NCBI GenBank assembly: GCA_048938445.1
Contig: JBHLME010000140.1
Location: 1-11,305 of the forward strand
Reading direction: 5' to 3'
Source of the DNA: Promethearchaeota archaeon
Lineage (GTDB): Archaea; Asgardarchaeota; Lokiarchaeia; Sigyniarchaeales; SOKP01
Length of the DNA stretch: 11,305 bases
The translations under genes were made by a program, and so were the position numbers. A model generated the notes under the pieces. The model saw nothing but the letters and a program-made list of their open reading frames with translations, was not told the DNA's origin and did no database searches. Numbering within the stretch: the stretch's first letter is position 1; each line of letters opens with the position of its first letter. Below, piece by piece: positions 1 through 8,258 of this stretch.

Positions 1-293
1 TGTTAAAAAAAGTAAGAATTAAACTATTATATATAAAAAACGGTATTATTTGCTTTTTCAATTGTCAAAATTATCTTTTTTTTTAAGATATTTTACTTTA
101 ATTATAATAAAAAATGCATTAATCATTAAAATATCATAATATTGATTTATTTTTTATCATATTATTAACCCAAACTAATAGTTCGTTATTATGATACATT
201 TTAAATTATGTTTGGGTCATATTTATTAATGTTGAAGAACAAAGGAAATATTAGGGAATAAAATTAAATAAACTCTTTTTTAGTATTGAAATC

Positions 294-578
294 ATGAAAA
301 AAAAGAAAGAAAAAAAAAAAAGTAAAAAAAGCATTTATGATGAATTTTTAGAGAGTTTTGAGAAACTTAATGAAAGTTTAGAAATGATGACCTCAGTGTC
401 AAAATCTTTACGATCTACTGCTGAAATTTTAAGAGGTCCAGTTCAATCTAATATAGCAAATTCAAAAAAAAATATGAAATCAACTGCTGAAATTATTAAA
501 GATATTAAATCCACTCAAATAAAATTGAAAGGATCAAAATATTCCATTTTTGATGCGGATGATTTAAATATCATTTAA
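294..578 (+). CDS. Small hypothetical protein, Lys-rich N-terminus plus predicted amphipathic helices; resembles the linker of the 456-aa kinase
   Basis: 94-aa ATG ORF in very AT-rich DNA, where long chance ORFs are rare. Internal STAEI repeat. Residues 2-46 align by eye with residues 154-197 of 6838..8208. Confidence 0.7.
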   Translation: MKKKKEKKKSKKSIYDEFLESFEKLNESLEMMTSVSKSLRSTAEILRGPVQSNIANSKKNMKSTAEIIKDIKSTQIKLKGSKYSIFDADDLNII

Positions 579-852
579 ACAGTTGCATTGGATATTCTTT
601 AAAACTAAGTTATTTATATCCATTAATTTTTGACATTAAAATAAATATTTAAATATGAATTCTTTCATAATATAAGAAGTATTAACCAAGATAATCTTAA
701 TATTTCATTGACACCCCTAATATGGGTTTGGAGGATATAAAAATTTTTATAATAATTTTAATATGATTGAAAAAACCATTTACTCCTTTAAAAAATGTGA
801 TTTATAAGATAATCAGGTATATTGTTGAATAATTGAAAGAATTATAAAGTTA

Positions 853-857
853 GAGGG
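853..857 (+). promoter_or_regulatory. Possible Shine-Dalgarno-like site of the large kinase
   Basis: GAGGG 3 nt before the ATG at 861 in otherwise G-poor DNA. Spacing is short. Confidence 0.3.
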
Positions 858-860
858 CTC

Positions 861-3800
861 ATGACATCATTGGACATTATAGACACTTCTGAGAATTTAA
901 AAGACAAATTGGCAAGGATTTTGCTGGATAACATACATTGTATTGCTTTACTTCTACAACGAGAAACTAGGGAAATAATAGCTACAAACAGATATGGTTT
1001 GGAGGCAGGAGCCGTCGTAGGAAAAACTTGTTATGAAAGTTGGTGTAAACACGAAGAACCTTGCTCTTGGTGTTTAGCTCCAGAACTTTGGCAGACAGGT
1101 AAGGACCAAAATATAGAAGTTAACGATTCAGGCACTATCTGGGATGCATATTGGATTCCAATAACTGAAAATTTATACCTTCATTATGCATTTGACATTA
1201 CGAAAAAAAAAGAAAAAGAGCAAAAATTACTTCAATCCACAGAAAAATATTTACATTTATATGAAAATGCACCTCTTGGTTACCAATCTCTTGATGAAAA
1301 GGGCAATATTTTAGAAGTTAATAAAGCATGGCTTGATTTTTTCGGATATTCAAAAGAAGAAATTATAGGAAAATGGTTTGGTGAATTATTACCCTTAGAA
1401 TATCGTGAAATATTTAAGGAAAAATTTGAAGAATTTAAAAAAATCTGTTCGGTTGACGGTGTAGAATATGAAATTGTGAAAAAAAATGGAGAGCCTGCAA
1501 ATATCATATTTTATGGAAGAGTCGGATATGATAACAGCGGAAATTTCAAGCAAACTCATTGTATATTTCAAGATATAACAGAAAAGAAACAGATTGAAAA
1601 TAAATTAAAAATATCTGAAGAAAAATATCGAAATATATTTGAAAAATCTTCAAATGCGATAGTCCTACTCGACTTAACGGGAAAGATTATAGATTGTAAT
1701 TTTGCCACCGAGAGAATGTTTGGATATTCTCTTGATGAATTGATCGGTCAAAACTACTTGGATTTACCTATTTCTTCGGAAAGCACGATATCTACATTAA
1801 AAAAGAGGTTTCATGCAATAACTAATAAGGACGATTTAGAACCGCAAGAAATGAGAATTATAAGAAAAGATGGATCTAATGCAATTGTTAGATCAGCAAT
1901 CACTTACATCACGATTGGAGAAAAAGAATACTTTCAAGCTATAATTGAAGATATAACTGAAAAGAAAATTGCTGAACAAAAAATAAGAGAATCCGAAGAA
2001 AAGTACCGTCAATTATTTGAAGAAAACATAAACGGAATTATTTTAATAAATTTAAAAGGTCAAATTGTTAATTGGAATTCGACTATTGAAAAATTATTTG
2101 GTTATAAACGAGAAAATTATATTGGAAAAAGTCTTATTGAATTCCCCGGAATAGATCAAAAATTCATTCCCATAATTAAAGAAAGACTTGAAAAGTATTT
2201 TTTAGGTGAAAATTTAGATCCTATAAGGATTAAGGTATATAAAAAAGATGAAACCCCTGCTTGGATAAATGCTCAATCATCATTGGTGGATGTTGGTAAA
2301 GAACAGAATCTCCAAATAATAATTGAAGATATCACGGATTTAGTTAATGCTGAAATGATTTTAAAAGAATCTGAAGAAAGATATCGTGAACTTTTTGAAT
2401 CTTCCCCAGTAGGAATTTGTATAGCAGATTATGAGGGAAATATTTATGCGATTAACGAAGTGATGACAAGAATAACGGGTTATGACCTTGAAGCATATAA
2501 AAAAATACCATTGAGCTCTACTTATTTCAATCCTAATGATCGTATTGAAGTATTGAATATATTAAAAAATAAGGGTGAAGTCAAGAACCATGAAGTATTG
2601 CTTAAACGAGGGGATGGAAAGATATATAATGCTCTACTGAATATATCATTAATTAAAATACAACAGAAGGATTTTATTCTCACAAATGTGCAAGATATTA
2701 CAGAAATCAGAGAGACAATTAAAAAATTAGATGAATCCGAGCAGAAATTTAAAAATATAACCGAAGAATCTCTATTAGGAATATGTATCATTCAAGATAA
2801 TGTTTTAAAATATGTTAATCAGAATTTAGCAGACATGTATGGTTATACAATTGAAGAAATGTTAAACTGGGAGCCAGGTGAATTATTGAAAACAGTGGCC
2901 CCAGAGTCATTAGAGGTGGTCATGGAACAATTAAGAAAAAAACAAGCTGGAGATTCTGATGTTATTCATCAATATAAAATTAAAATTATCCGAAAGACTG
3001 GGGAGCACATTTGGGTAAATAATCTATCTAAAACGATTGATTATGAAGGATATCCTGCCGATTTAGTCACTCAAATTGATATCAACGAGCAGATAATAGC
3101 AGAACAAGATTTAAAAAAATCTGAAGAAAAATTCCAAGAACTTGCTGATCAATATAAAATGCTATTGGAATCCATAACAGATGGAGTATATGCTTTGAAT
3201 CGAGATTGGTTCTATACTTTAGTTAATAAAAATGCTGAAAAGCTAGTAAACATGCCCGTGGAAAGATTATTAGGAAATAAAATAACGGATGTATTTCCTG
3301 GAATTGAAAAATCGATATTTTTCAAGACATATGAACGAGTAATGAATACTGGAAATGCAGAACGTGTTTCAGAAGCTTTCGTTCTCCCTGATGGCATGGA
3401 AGGATATTATTCTGTAAGCGTTTATCCGACAAATGAGGGAATCATTTGCATTGCTAGTAACATAACGGAAGAAAAAAGGATAGAAAAGAAGTTAAATGAA
3501 GAAAGAGAAAAAGCAGAGCTATATTTAAATATAGCTGGAGTTCTCTTAGTAGCTCTTGATAGAAATGGAAATATTACTTTATTAAATAAAAAAGGATATG
3601 AACTGTTAGAATATGAAGAAGGAGAATTAAGTGGAAAGAATTGGTTTGAAAATTGTTTACCTTTTGCTGAGAGAGAAAGGGTTAATGATTATTTTAAGAA
3701 TCTCATGAATGGAGAAATGGATATTATCCCTTCTTACCAAAATCCAATTATTAGTAAATCTGGTGAAGAAAAGCTAATAGCATGGTCTACTGTTTTATTT

Positions 3801-6785
3801 AAGGATGAAAAGGGAAATTTTTCTGGTCTTTTGAGTGCTGGGGAAGATATAACCGCAAGAGCAAAAGCAGAAAATAGTTTGAAGGAATCCGAAATGCGTT
3901 TAAGAAATCTTTTCGAAACCATGGAAGAAGGAGTTGTTTTAATTAATTTGGATGGTCAAATAGTTGAAGCAAACTCCGCGGCAGAAAAGATACTTGGTAT
4001 TAAACGCTCAGTAATTAAAGAAAGAAATTATATCAGCCCCAAATGGGAAATTTTTAATCCAGATGGAAGTCCAATGCCTTTAGAGGAGATGGCTGGACCT
4101 CGAGCAATGAAAGAAAAAAGACCTATCAAAAATACCATTATGGGCTTAAAACGTTCAGATGATACAATTGTTTGGCTCAATGTGAGTGCTTCTCCTCTAT
4201 TAGATGTGTATGGAGGACTTCTCGGAGTGGTTGGAACGTTCGCAGATTTTACCGAATTTAAAAAGGCAGAGGAAAAAATTGTTGAACATAGTAAAAATCT
4301 TGAAATATTAAATCATATCATCATTTCTGGAAATAATGCAAGTAATTTATCTTTTTTATTGAATGACATATTAGATTTTACGCTAAAATTGATGGGAATG
4401 GATGGAGGTGCAATATATTTAGTAGATGAACAAAAATATTTTGCAGATATTGTATCTTTTAAAGATCTACCGAGAGATTTTATAGAGAAAGTCAAGAAAG
4501 TGTCAATATATGAAAGTCCATATCGGAATGTTCTTATAGATGGCGAGCCAGTTTATACTGAAACCATTATGAATAAACATCAAAATCTTATTAAAGAATA
4601 TAAATTTTGTGCAATTGCTAGCGTTCCATTATTTTCAAGGAATAAGGTCATAGGTTCTTTAAACATTGTTTCAAAGAGTCGAAAGATTATCACTCAAAAT
4701 GAAAAAAGTTTGCTTAGCTCTATCGGAAGGGAAATTGGTACTTTAGTCTCAAAGATGCAAGTTGAGCAATATTTAATAGAATCTGAAGAAAAATTTAGAA
4801 CACTTTCTGATCAATCTTTAATGGGTATTGGTATTGCCCAAGATAATAAATTTAAATATGTTAACCAAGCGTATGCAGATATTTTTGGATTTACAGTAGA
4901 AGAAATGATGAATTGGGGAATCGAGGATGGAATTAAAACAATTCATCCAGAAGATAGAGATTTTGCTTTAGAACAGTTAGAGAAAAAACAAAAAGGTGAT
5001 CCTGACGTAATCAACCATTATAATTATCGAGGAATCAAAAAATCAAGTGATATTATTTGGATTGACCAATATTCTAAATCAATCTTGTACGAAGGAAGAC
5101 CTGCAGACTTGATCACTATTATAGATATAACTGAACGTAAGAAGAACGAAGAAAAATTAAAAAAATCTGAAAAAGAATTATCAATAAGAAATAAAATTCA
5201 AGACATTTTTCTAAAGTTTCCAGATGATGAGATGTATTCAGAAATTTTAACTTATATATTAAAAATTTTTGAGAGTAAATATGGAACTTTTGGTTATTTT
5301 AATGAAAATCAAGATTTGATACAAGCTTCACTTACAGGAGAAGTTTGGGAAGAATGCAAAATGAAGAATAAAAATCTTATTTTTCCAAAAGACACTTGGC
5401 ATCAAAATATATGGGGGAGCATCATTAATGAAAAGAAAGCTTTAACTAGAAATAATCCATTTAAAGTACCAAAAGGTCACGTGGTTATTAAGAATTTTTT
5501 GGGAGCACCTATTATTCATAAAAATAAAATTATTGGAGTTATAACAGTTGCAAACAAGGAAGAAGGTTATATTGAAAACCATTTAAAATTATTAGAGTTA
5601 ATATTAGAGATACTTGCTCCAATATTACATGAAAGACTAGAAAAAGATAAATTTCAGCATTTGCGTAAAGTTGTTGAGAAGCAACTTGAAGCTTCGGAAG
5701 AAAAACTCCAAAATGTAATTAATAATATAGCGGATGTCTTAATTGAAATAAATGAGGAAGGTATTATTACCTTCATTAGCCCTCAAATTAAAGATATAAT
5801 TGAATATGATTTAGATAAAGTTATAAACAAAAATATTTCTGAATTTTTTCATCCAGAAGATATCTCATTGATTAAGGATGCGATTAAAAGCTCAAAAATC
5901 ACCTTAAGTGAAGTTAACATTGATATAAAAATCATACATAAAAAAGGATATTTCCTTCCCGTTTCTATTAAAGGTAGTACAAAAGAGATCAATGATAATA
6001 TTAAATTCACTGGAGTTTTAAGAGATATATCTGAAAGAAAAAGAATGGAAGAAATGATGGAAAAAGAAGTAATCCAATTAAAAGAGCTTGAAGATTTGAG
6101 AAATGATCTCATTAACAGAATTTCACATGAATTCAACACTCCATTAAATTTAATCTTATCTGGTTCTCAACTTTTATCCCAGGATTACAAGGGGGAACTT
6201 TTAGATGATCCATTTGAAATTATCGATATCATTAATAAAGGAGCATATCGATTGAAAGACATGGTTGATAATTTATTAACTGCTTTTAAAATTGAATCCT
6301 ATGATTTAAGTTTAAATATCCAAGAATTAAATTTAACGGCAATAATCAAAAGTTGTATAAGTTTAATATTACCTCAAGCAAATTTGAGGAATATTTATAT
6401 AACTACAGAATTGCTTAAGGAATTGAAAGGAAAATGCGATAAGAATTTGATTAAAAAAGCAATTTATAATATTTTATCAAATGCAATTAAAAATACTCCA
6501 CCTAAAGGAAATGTTTTCATTAAAACAATAGAACATCGTAGTCATATAGATATAATAGTTGAGGATTCAGGTGTTGGAATAACAAAAAAAGAAAAAATGA
6601 AATTATTTCAAAAATTTGGAAAAATTGAAAGGTATGGAAGGGGATTGGATGTCGATATCGAAGGGCCTGGAATGGGATTATATATTGCAAATGAGATTGT
6701 TAAACTCCATAAGGGTGAAATCTTGGTAAACTCAAAAGGAAGGTTTAAGGGAAGTAGTTTTACTATTCGTTTGTACAAGGCATAA
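861..6785 (+). CDS. Soluble multi-sensor histidine kinase: 9 PAS - GAF - PAS - GAF - PAS - HisKA - HATPase_c
   Basis: Repeated PAS units starting (S)EEKYR..FE-like and ending D-I-T-E-like (11 counted). Two GAF-like segments (ASVPLFSRNKVIGSLNI; LGAPIIHKNKIIGVITVAN). H-box ISHEFNTP (H1756), N-box NILSNAIKNT, G1 DSGVGI, F-box LFQKF, G2 GPGMGL. No transmembrane segment seen. Confidence 0.95.
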   Translation: MTSLDIIDTSENLKDKLARILLDNIHCIALLLQRETREIIATNRYGLEAGAVVGKTCYESWCKHEEPCSWCLAPELWQTGKDQNIEVNDSGTIWDAYWIPITENLYLHYAFDITKKKEKEQKLLQSTEKYLHLYENAPLGYQSLDEKGNILEVNKAWLDFFGYSKEEIIGKWFGELLPLEYREIFKEKFEEFKKICSVDGVEYEIVKKNGEPANIIFYGRVGYDNSGNFKQTHCIFQDITEKKQIENKLKISEEKYRNIFEKSSNAIVLLDLTGKIIDCNFATERMFGYSLDELIGQNYLDLPISSESTISTLKKRFHAITNKDDLEPQEMRIIRKDGSNAIVRSAITYITIGEKEYFQAIIEDITEKKIAEQKIRESEEKYRQLFEENINGIILINLKGQIVNWNSTIEKLFGYKRENYIGKSLIEFPGIDQKFIPIIKERLEKYFLGENLDPIRIKVYKKDETPAWINAQSSLVDVGKEQNLQIIIEDITDLVNAEMILKESEERYRELFESSPVGICIADYEGNIYAINEVMTRITGYDLEAYKKIPLSSTYFNPNDRIEVLNILKNKGEVKNHEVLLKRGDGKIYNALLNISLIKIQQKDFILTNVQDITEIRETIKKLDESEQKFKNITEESLLGICIIQDNVLKYVNQNLADMYGYTIEEMLNWEPGELLKTVAPESLEVVMEQLRKKQAGDSDVIHQYKIKIIRKTGEHIWVNNLSKTIDYEGYPADLVTQIDINEQIIAEQDLKKSEEKFQELADQYKMLLESITDGVYALNRDWFYTLVNKNAEKLVNMPVERLLGNKITDVFPGIEKSIFFKTYERVMNTGNAERVSEAFVLPDGMEGYYSVSVYPTNEGIICIASNITEEKRIEKKLNEEREKAELYLNIAGVLLVALDRNGNITLLNKKGYELLEYEEGELSGKNWFENCLPFAERERVNDYFKNLMNGEMDIIPSYQNPIISKSGEEKLIAWSTVLFKDEKGNFSGLLSAGEDITARAKAENSLKESEMRLRNLFETMEEGVVLINLDGQIVEANSAAEKILGIKRSVIKERNYISPKWEIFNPDGSPMPLEEMAGPRAMKEKRPIKNTIMGLKRSDDTIVWLNVSASPLLDVYGGLLGVVGTFADFTEFKKAEEKIVEHSKNLEILNHIIISGNNASNLSFLLNDILDFTLKLMGMDGGAIYLVDEQKYFADIVSFKDLPRDFIEKVKKVSIYESPYRNVLIDGEPVYTETIMNKHQNLIKEYKFCAIASVPLFSRNKVIGSLNIVSKSRKIITQNEKSLLSSIGREIGTLVSKMQVEQYLIESEEKFRTLSDQSLMGIGIAQDNKFKYVNQAYADIFGFTVEEMMNWGIEDGIKTIHPEDRDFALEQLEKKQKGDPDVINHYNYRGIKKSSDIIWIDQYSKSILYEGRPADLITIIDITERKKNEEKLKKSEKELSIRNKIQDIFLKFPDDEMYSEILTYILKIFESKYGTFGYFNENQDLIQASLTGEVWEECKMKNKNLIFPKDTWHQNIWGSIINEKKALTRNNPFKVPKGHVVIKNFLGAPIIHKNKIIGVITVANKEEGYIENHLKLLELILEILAPILHERLEKDKFQHLRKVVEKQLEASEEKLQNVINNIADVLIEINEEGIITFISPQIKDIIEYDLDKVINKNISEFFHPEDISLIKDAIKSSKITLSEVNIDIKIIHKKGYFLPVSIKGSTKEINDNIKFTGVLRDISERKRMEEMMEKEVIQLKELEDLRNDLINRISHEFNTPLNLILSGSQLLSQDYKGELLDDPFEIIDIINKGAYRLKDMVDNLLTAFKIESYDLSLNIQELNLTAIIKSCISLILPQANLRNIYITTELLKELKGKCDKNLIKKAIYNILSNAIKNTPPKGNVFIKTIEHRSHIDIIVEDSGVGITKKEKMKLFQKFGKIERYGRGLDVDIEGPGMGLYIANEIVKLHKGEILVNSKGRFKGSSFTIRLYKA

Positions 6786-6837
6786 ACAATTTATTCAATA
6801 AATTAAAATAGTCTAATTTTTTTATTATTAACGACTG

Positions 6838-8208
6838 ATGTATGAAAAAGAACTGGAAAAAAGCGATTATTCATTAAAGAATGAGAATGACAAACTTTTT
6901 AACATTCTCGATTCTTTAGATGACGGAGCCTATATTGTTGATCAAGAATATAATATTAAATACCTTAATCCTTCTTTTGAGCGCCAATTTGGACCATTTA
7001 AAGGCAAAAAATGCTATGAATATACTAACAACCGTTCAAATCCATGCCCTTGGTGTAAAATTCAAGAGGTTGTTGATGGTAAGACAATACGATCTGAGAG
7101 ATATTATGAGAAGAATTTAAAAAAATATGAATTAATAGACACCCCTCTAAGAAATTCTGATGGATCAATATTAAAGTTAAAATTATTGAAGACCATATCA
7201 GATTGCTCTCCTCTTGATAAGAGATCACATCAATTAAAAATTCAAAAAGCAGGACTCAAAGATACTCATAAAAAGGGAGATAAACCTAAGGACATAAAAA
7301 ATAAAAAATTAAAACGAAAAAGTAAATATCCAGATGTTCAAGCTGTAGAAATATCGCAAAATCTAAGTAAAACAATAGAACTCCTTTCAAACAGTTCAAA
7401 ATCATTGAAATTAAGTGTTTCAAATTTAGCTCTAGGCTATATAGGTGAAATAAACAGACAACGAAGAATCAATGAATTAATCAGAAATGAACTCATTAGG
7501 TTAAAAGAAATTGATAAAATCAAAAATGACATGATAAGACGAATTTCTCATGAGTTGAAAACACCCTTGAGTTCGATATATACAACATGTGATCTTTTAT
7601 TACATAATTATAGAGAACGAATGGACTCGAAAATATTAGATTATATCAAAGTTATAAACCATGGTGGTGAAAGATTAAAAAAATTAGTTGATAATTTATT
7701 AGACTTATATTTAATTGAATCTAATGAATTAAGCTTAGACTTAGAATATAATGACATTATCTTAACAATCAATCATTCAATAAATAATATCAGAGATTTA
7801 TTGAAAAAAAGAAATCATGAATTAAACATTAACCTTCCAGATACCTTATCATTCAAATTTGATAAAATTAGAATTGAACAATGTATAACGAGCATTCTTG
7901 AGAACTCCATCAAATACACTCCTAAGGATGGTCAAATTTTACTCGAATTGATTGAAAAGGGAGACTTTCTTGAAATTATTATAAGTGATTCAGGCATAGG
8001 GTTTACTGAAAATGAAAAAGAACAATTGTTCAAACGATTTGGAAAAATTGAGAGATATGGACAAGGAATGGATATAGATGTGGAAGGTCCTGGATTTGGA
8101 TTATATCTTGCAAATGAGATTATTCACTTGCATAAAGGTCAAATTATCGTTGAGTCTCAAGGACGCAATGAAGGTTCAACTTTTAAAATATTATTACCTG
8201 TATTATAA
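6838..8208 (+). CDS. Soluble histidine kinase: Cys-motif PAS - basic/coiled-coil linker - HisKA - HATPase_c
   Basis: N-terminal PAS (ILDSLDDGAYIVD..IKYLN; CY..PCPWC). H-box ISHELKTP (H238), N-box ILENSIKYT, G1 DSGIGF, G2 GPGFGL. Starts 52 bp after the first kinase. Confidence 0.93.
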   Translation: MYEKELEKSDYSLKNENDKLFNILDSLDDGAYIVDQEYNIKYLNPSFERQFGPFKGKKCYEYTNNRSNPCPWCKIQEVVDGKTIRSERYYEKNLKKYELIDTPLRNSDGSILKLKLLKTISDCSPLDKRSHQLKIQKAGLKDTHKKGDKPKDIKNKKLKRKSKYPDVQAVEISQNLSKTIELLSNSSKSLKLSVSNLALGYIGEINRQRRINELIRNELIRLKEIDKIKNDMIRRISHELKTPLSSIYTTCDLLLHNYRERMDSKILDYIKVINHGGERLKKLVDNLLDLYLIESNELSLDLEYNDIILTINHSINNIRDLLKKRNHELNINLPDTLSFKFDKIRIEQCITSILENSIKYTPKDGQILLELIEKGDFLEIIISDSGIGFTENEKEQLFKRFGKIERYGQGMDIDVEGPGFGLYLANEIIHLHKGQIIVESQGRNEGSTFKILLPVL

Positions 8209-8212
8209 TTCC

Positions 8213-8218
8213 TTTTTT
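8213..8218 (+). terminator. Possible archaeal-type oligo-T terminator after the kinase pair
   Basis: T6 run 4 nt after the stop codon, in the 50-bp gap between convergent genes. T-runs are common at this base composition. Confidence 0.3.
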
Positions 8219-8258
8219 ATCAACTTGTTTTAATAAATAAATAAATTTTTCAAATTAA

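Noticed and set aside
645-656. Palindrome ATATTTAAATAT, a possible TATA box upstream of the large kinase
   Set aside because: A/T-only sequence in very AT-rich DNA. Many equally good TATA-like words exist, so no promoter can be placed.
713-727. Weak dyad ACCC...GGGT
   Set aside because: Only 4-bp arms; expected by chance.
1280-6139. Six short minus-strand ORFs inside the large kinase (1280-1507, 2522-2791, 3212-3397, 3734-3922, 4313-4495, 5849-6139)
   Set aside because: Antisense shadows rich in F, S, I and L, as expected opposite an E/K-rich gene. No recognisable motifs.
6788-6804. Inverted repeat AATTTATT-C-AATAAATT between the two kinases, followed by T7 at 6817-6823
   Set aside because: A/T-only arms with low stability. 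It cannot be separated from compositional chance without transcript-end data.
6920-7228. ORFs 6920-7120 (+) and 7025-7228 (-)
   Set aside because: Fully nested in the well-supported second kinase. No independent evidence.
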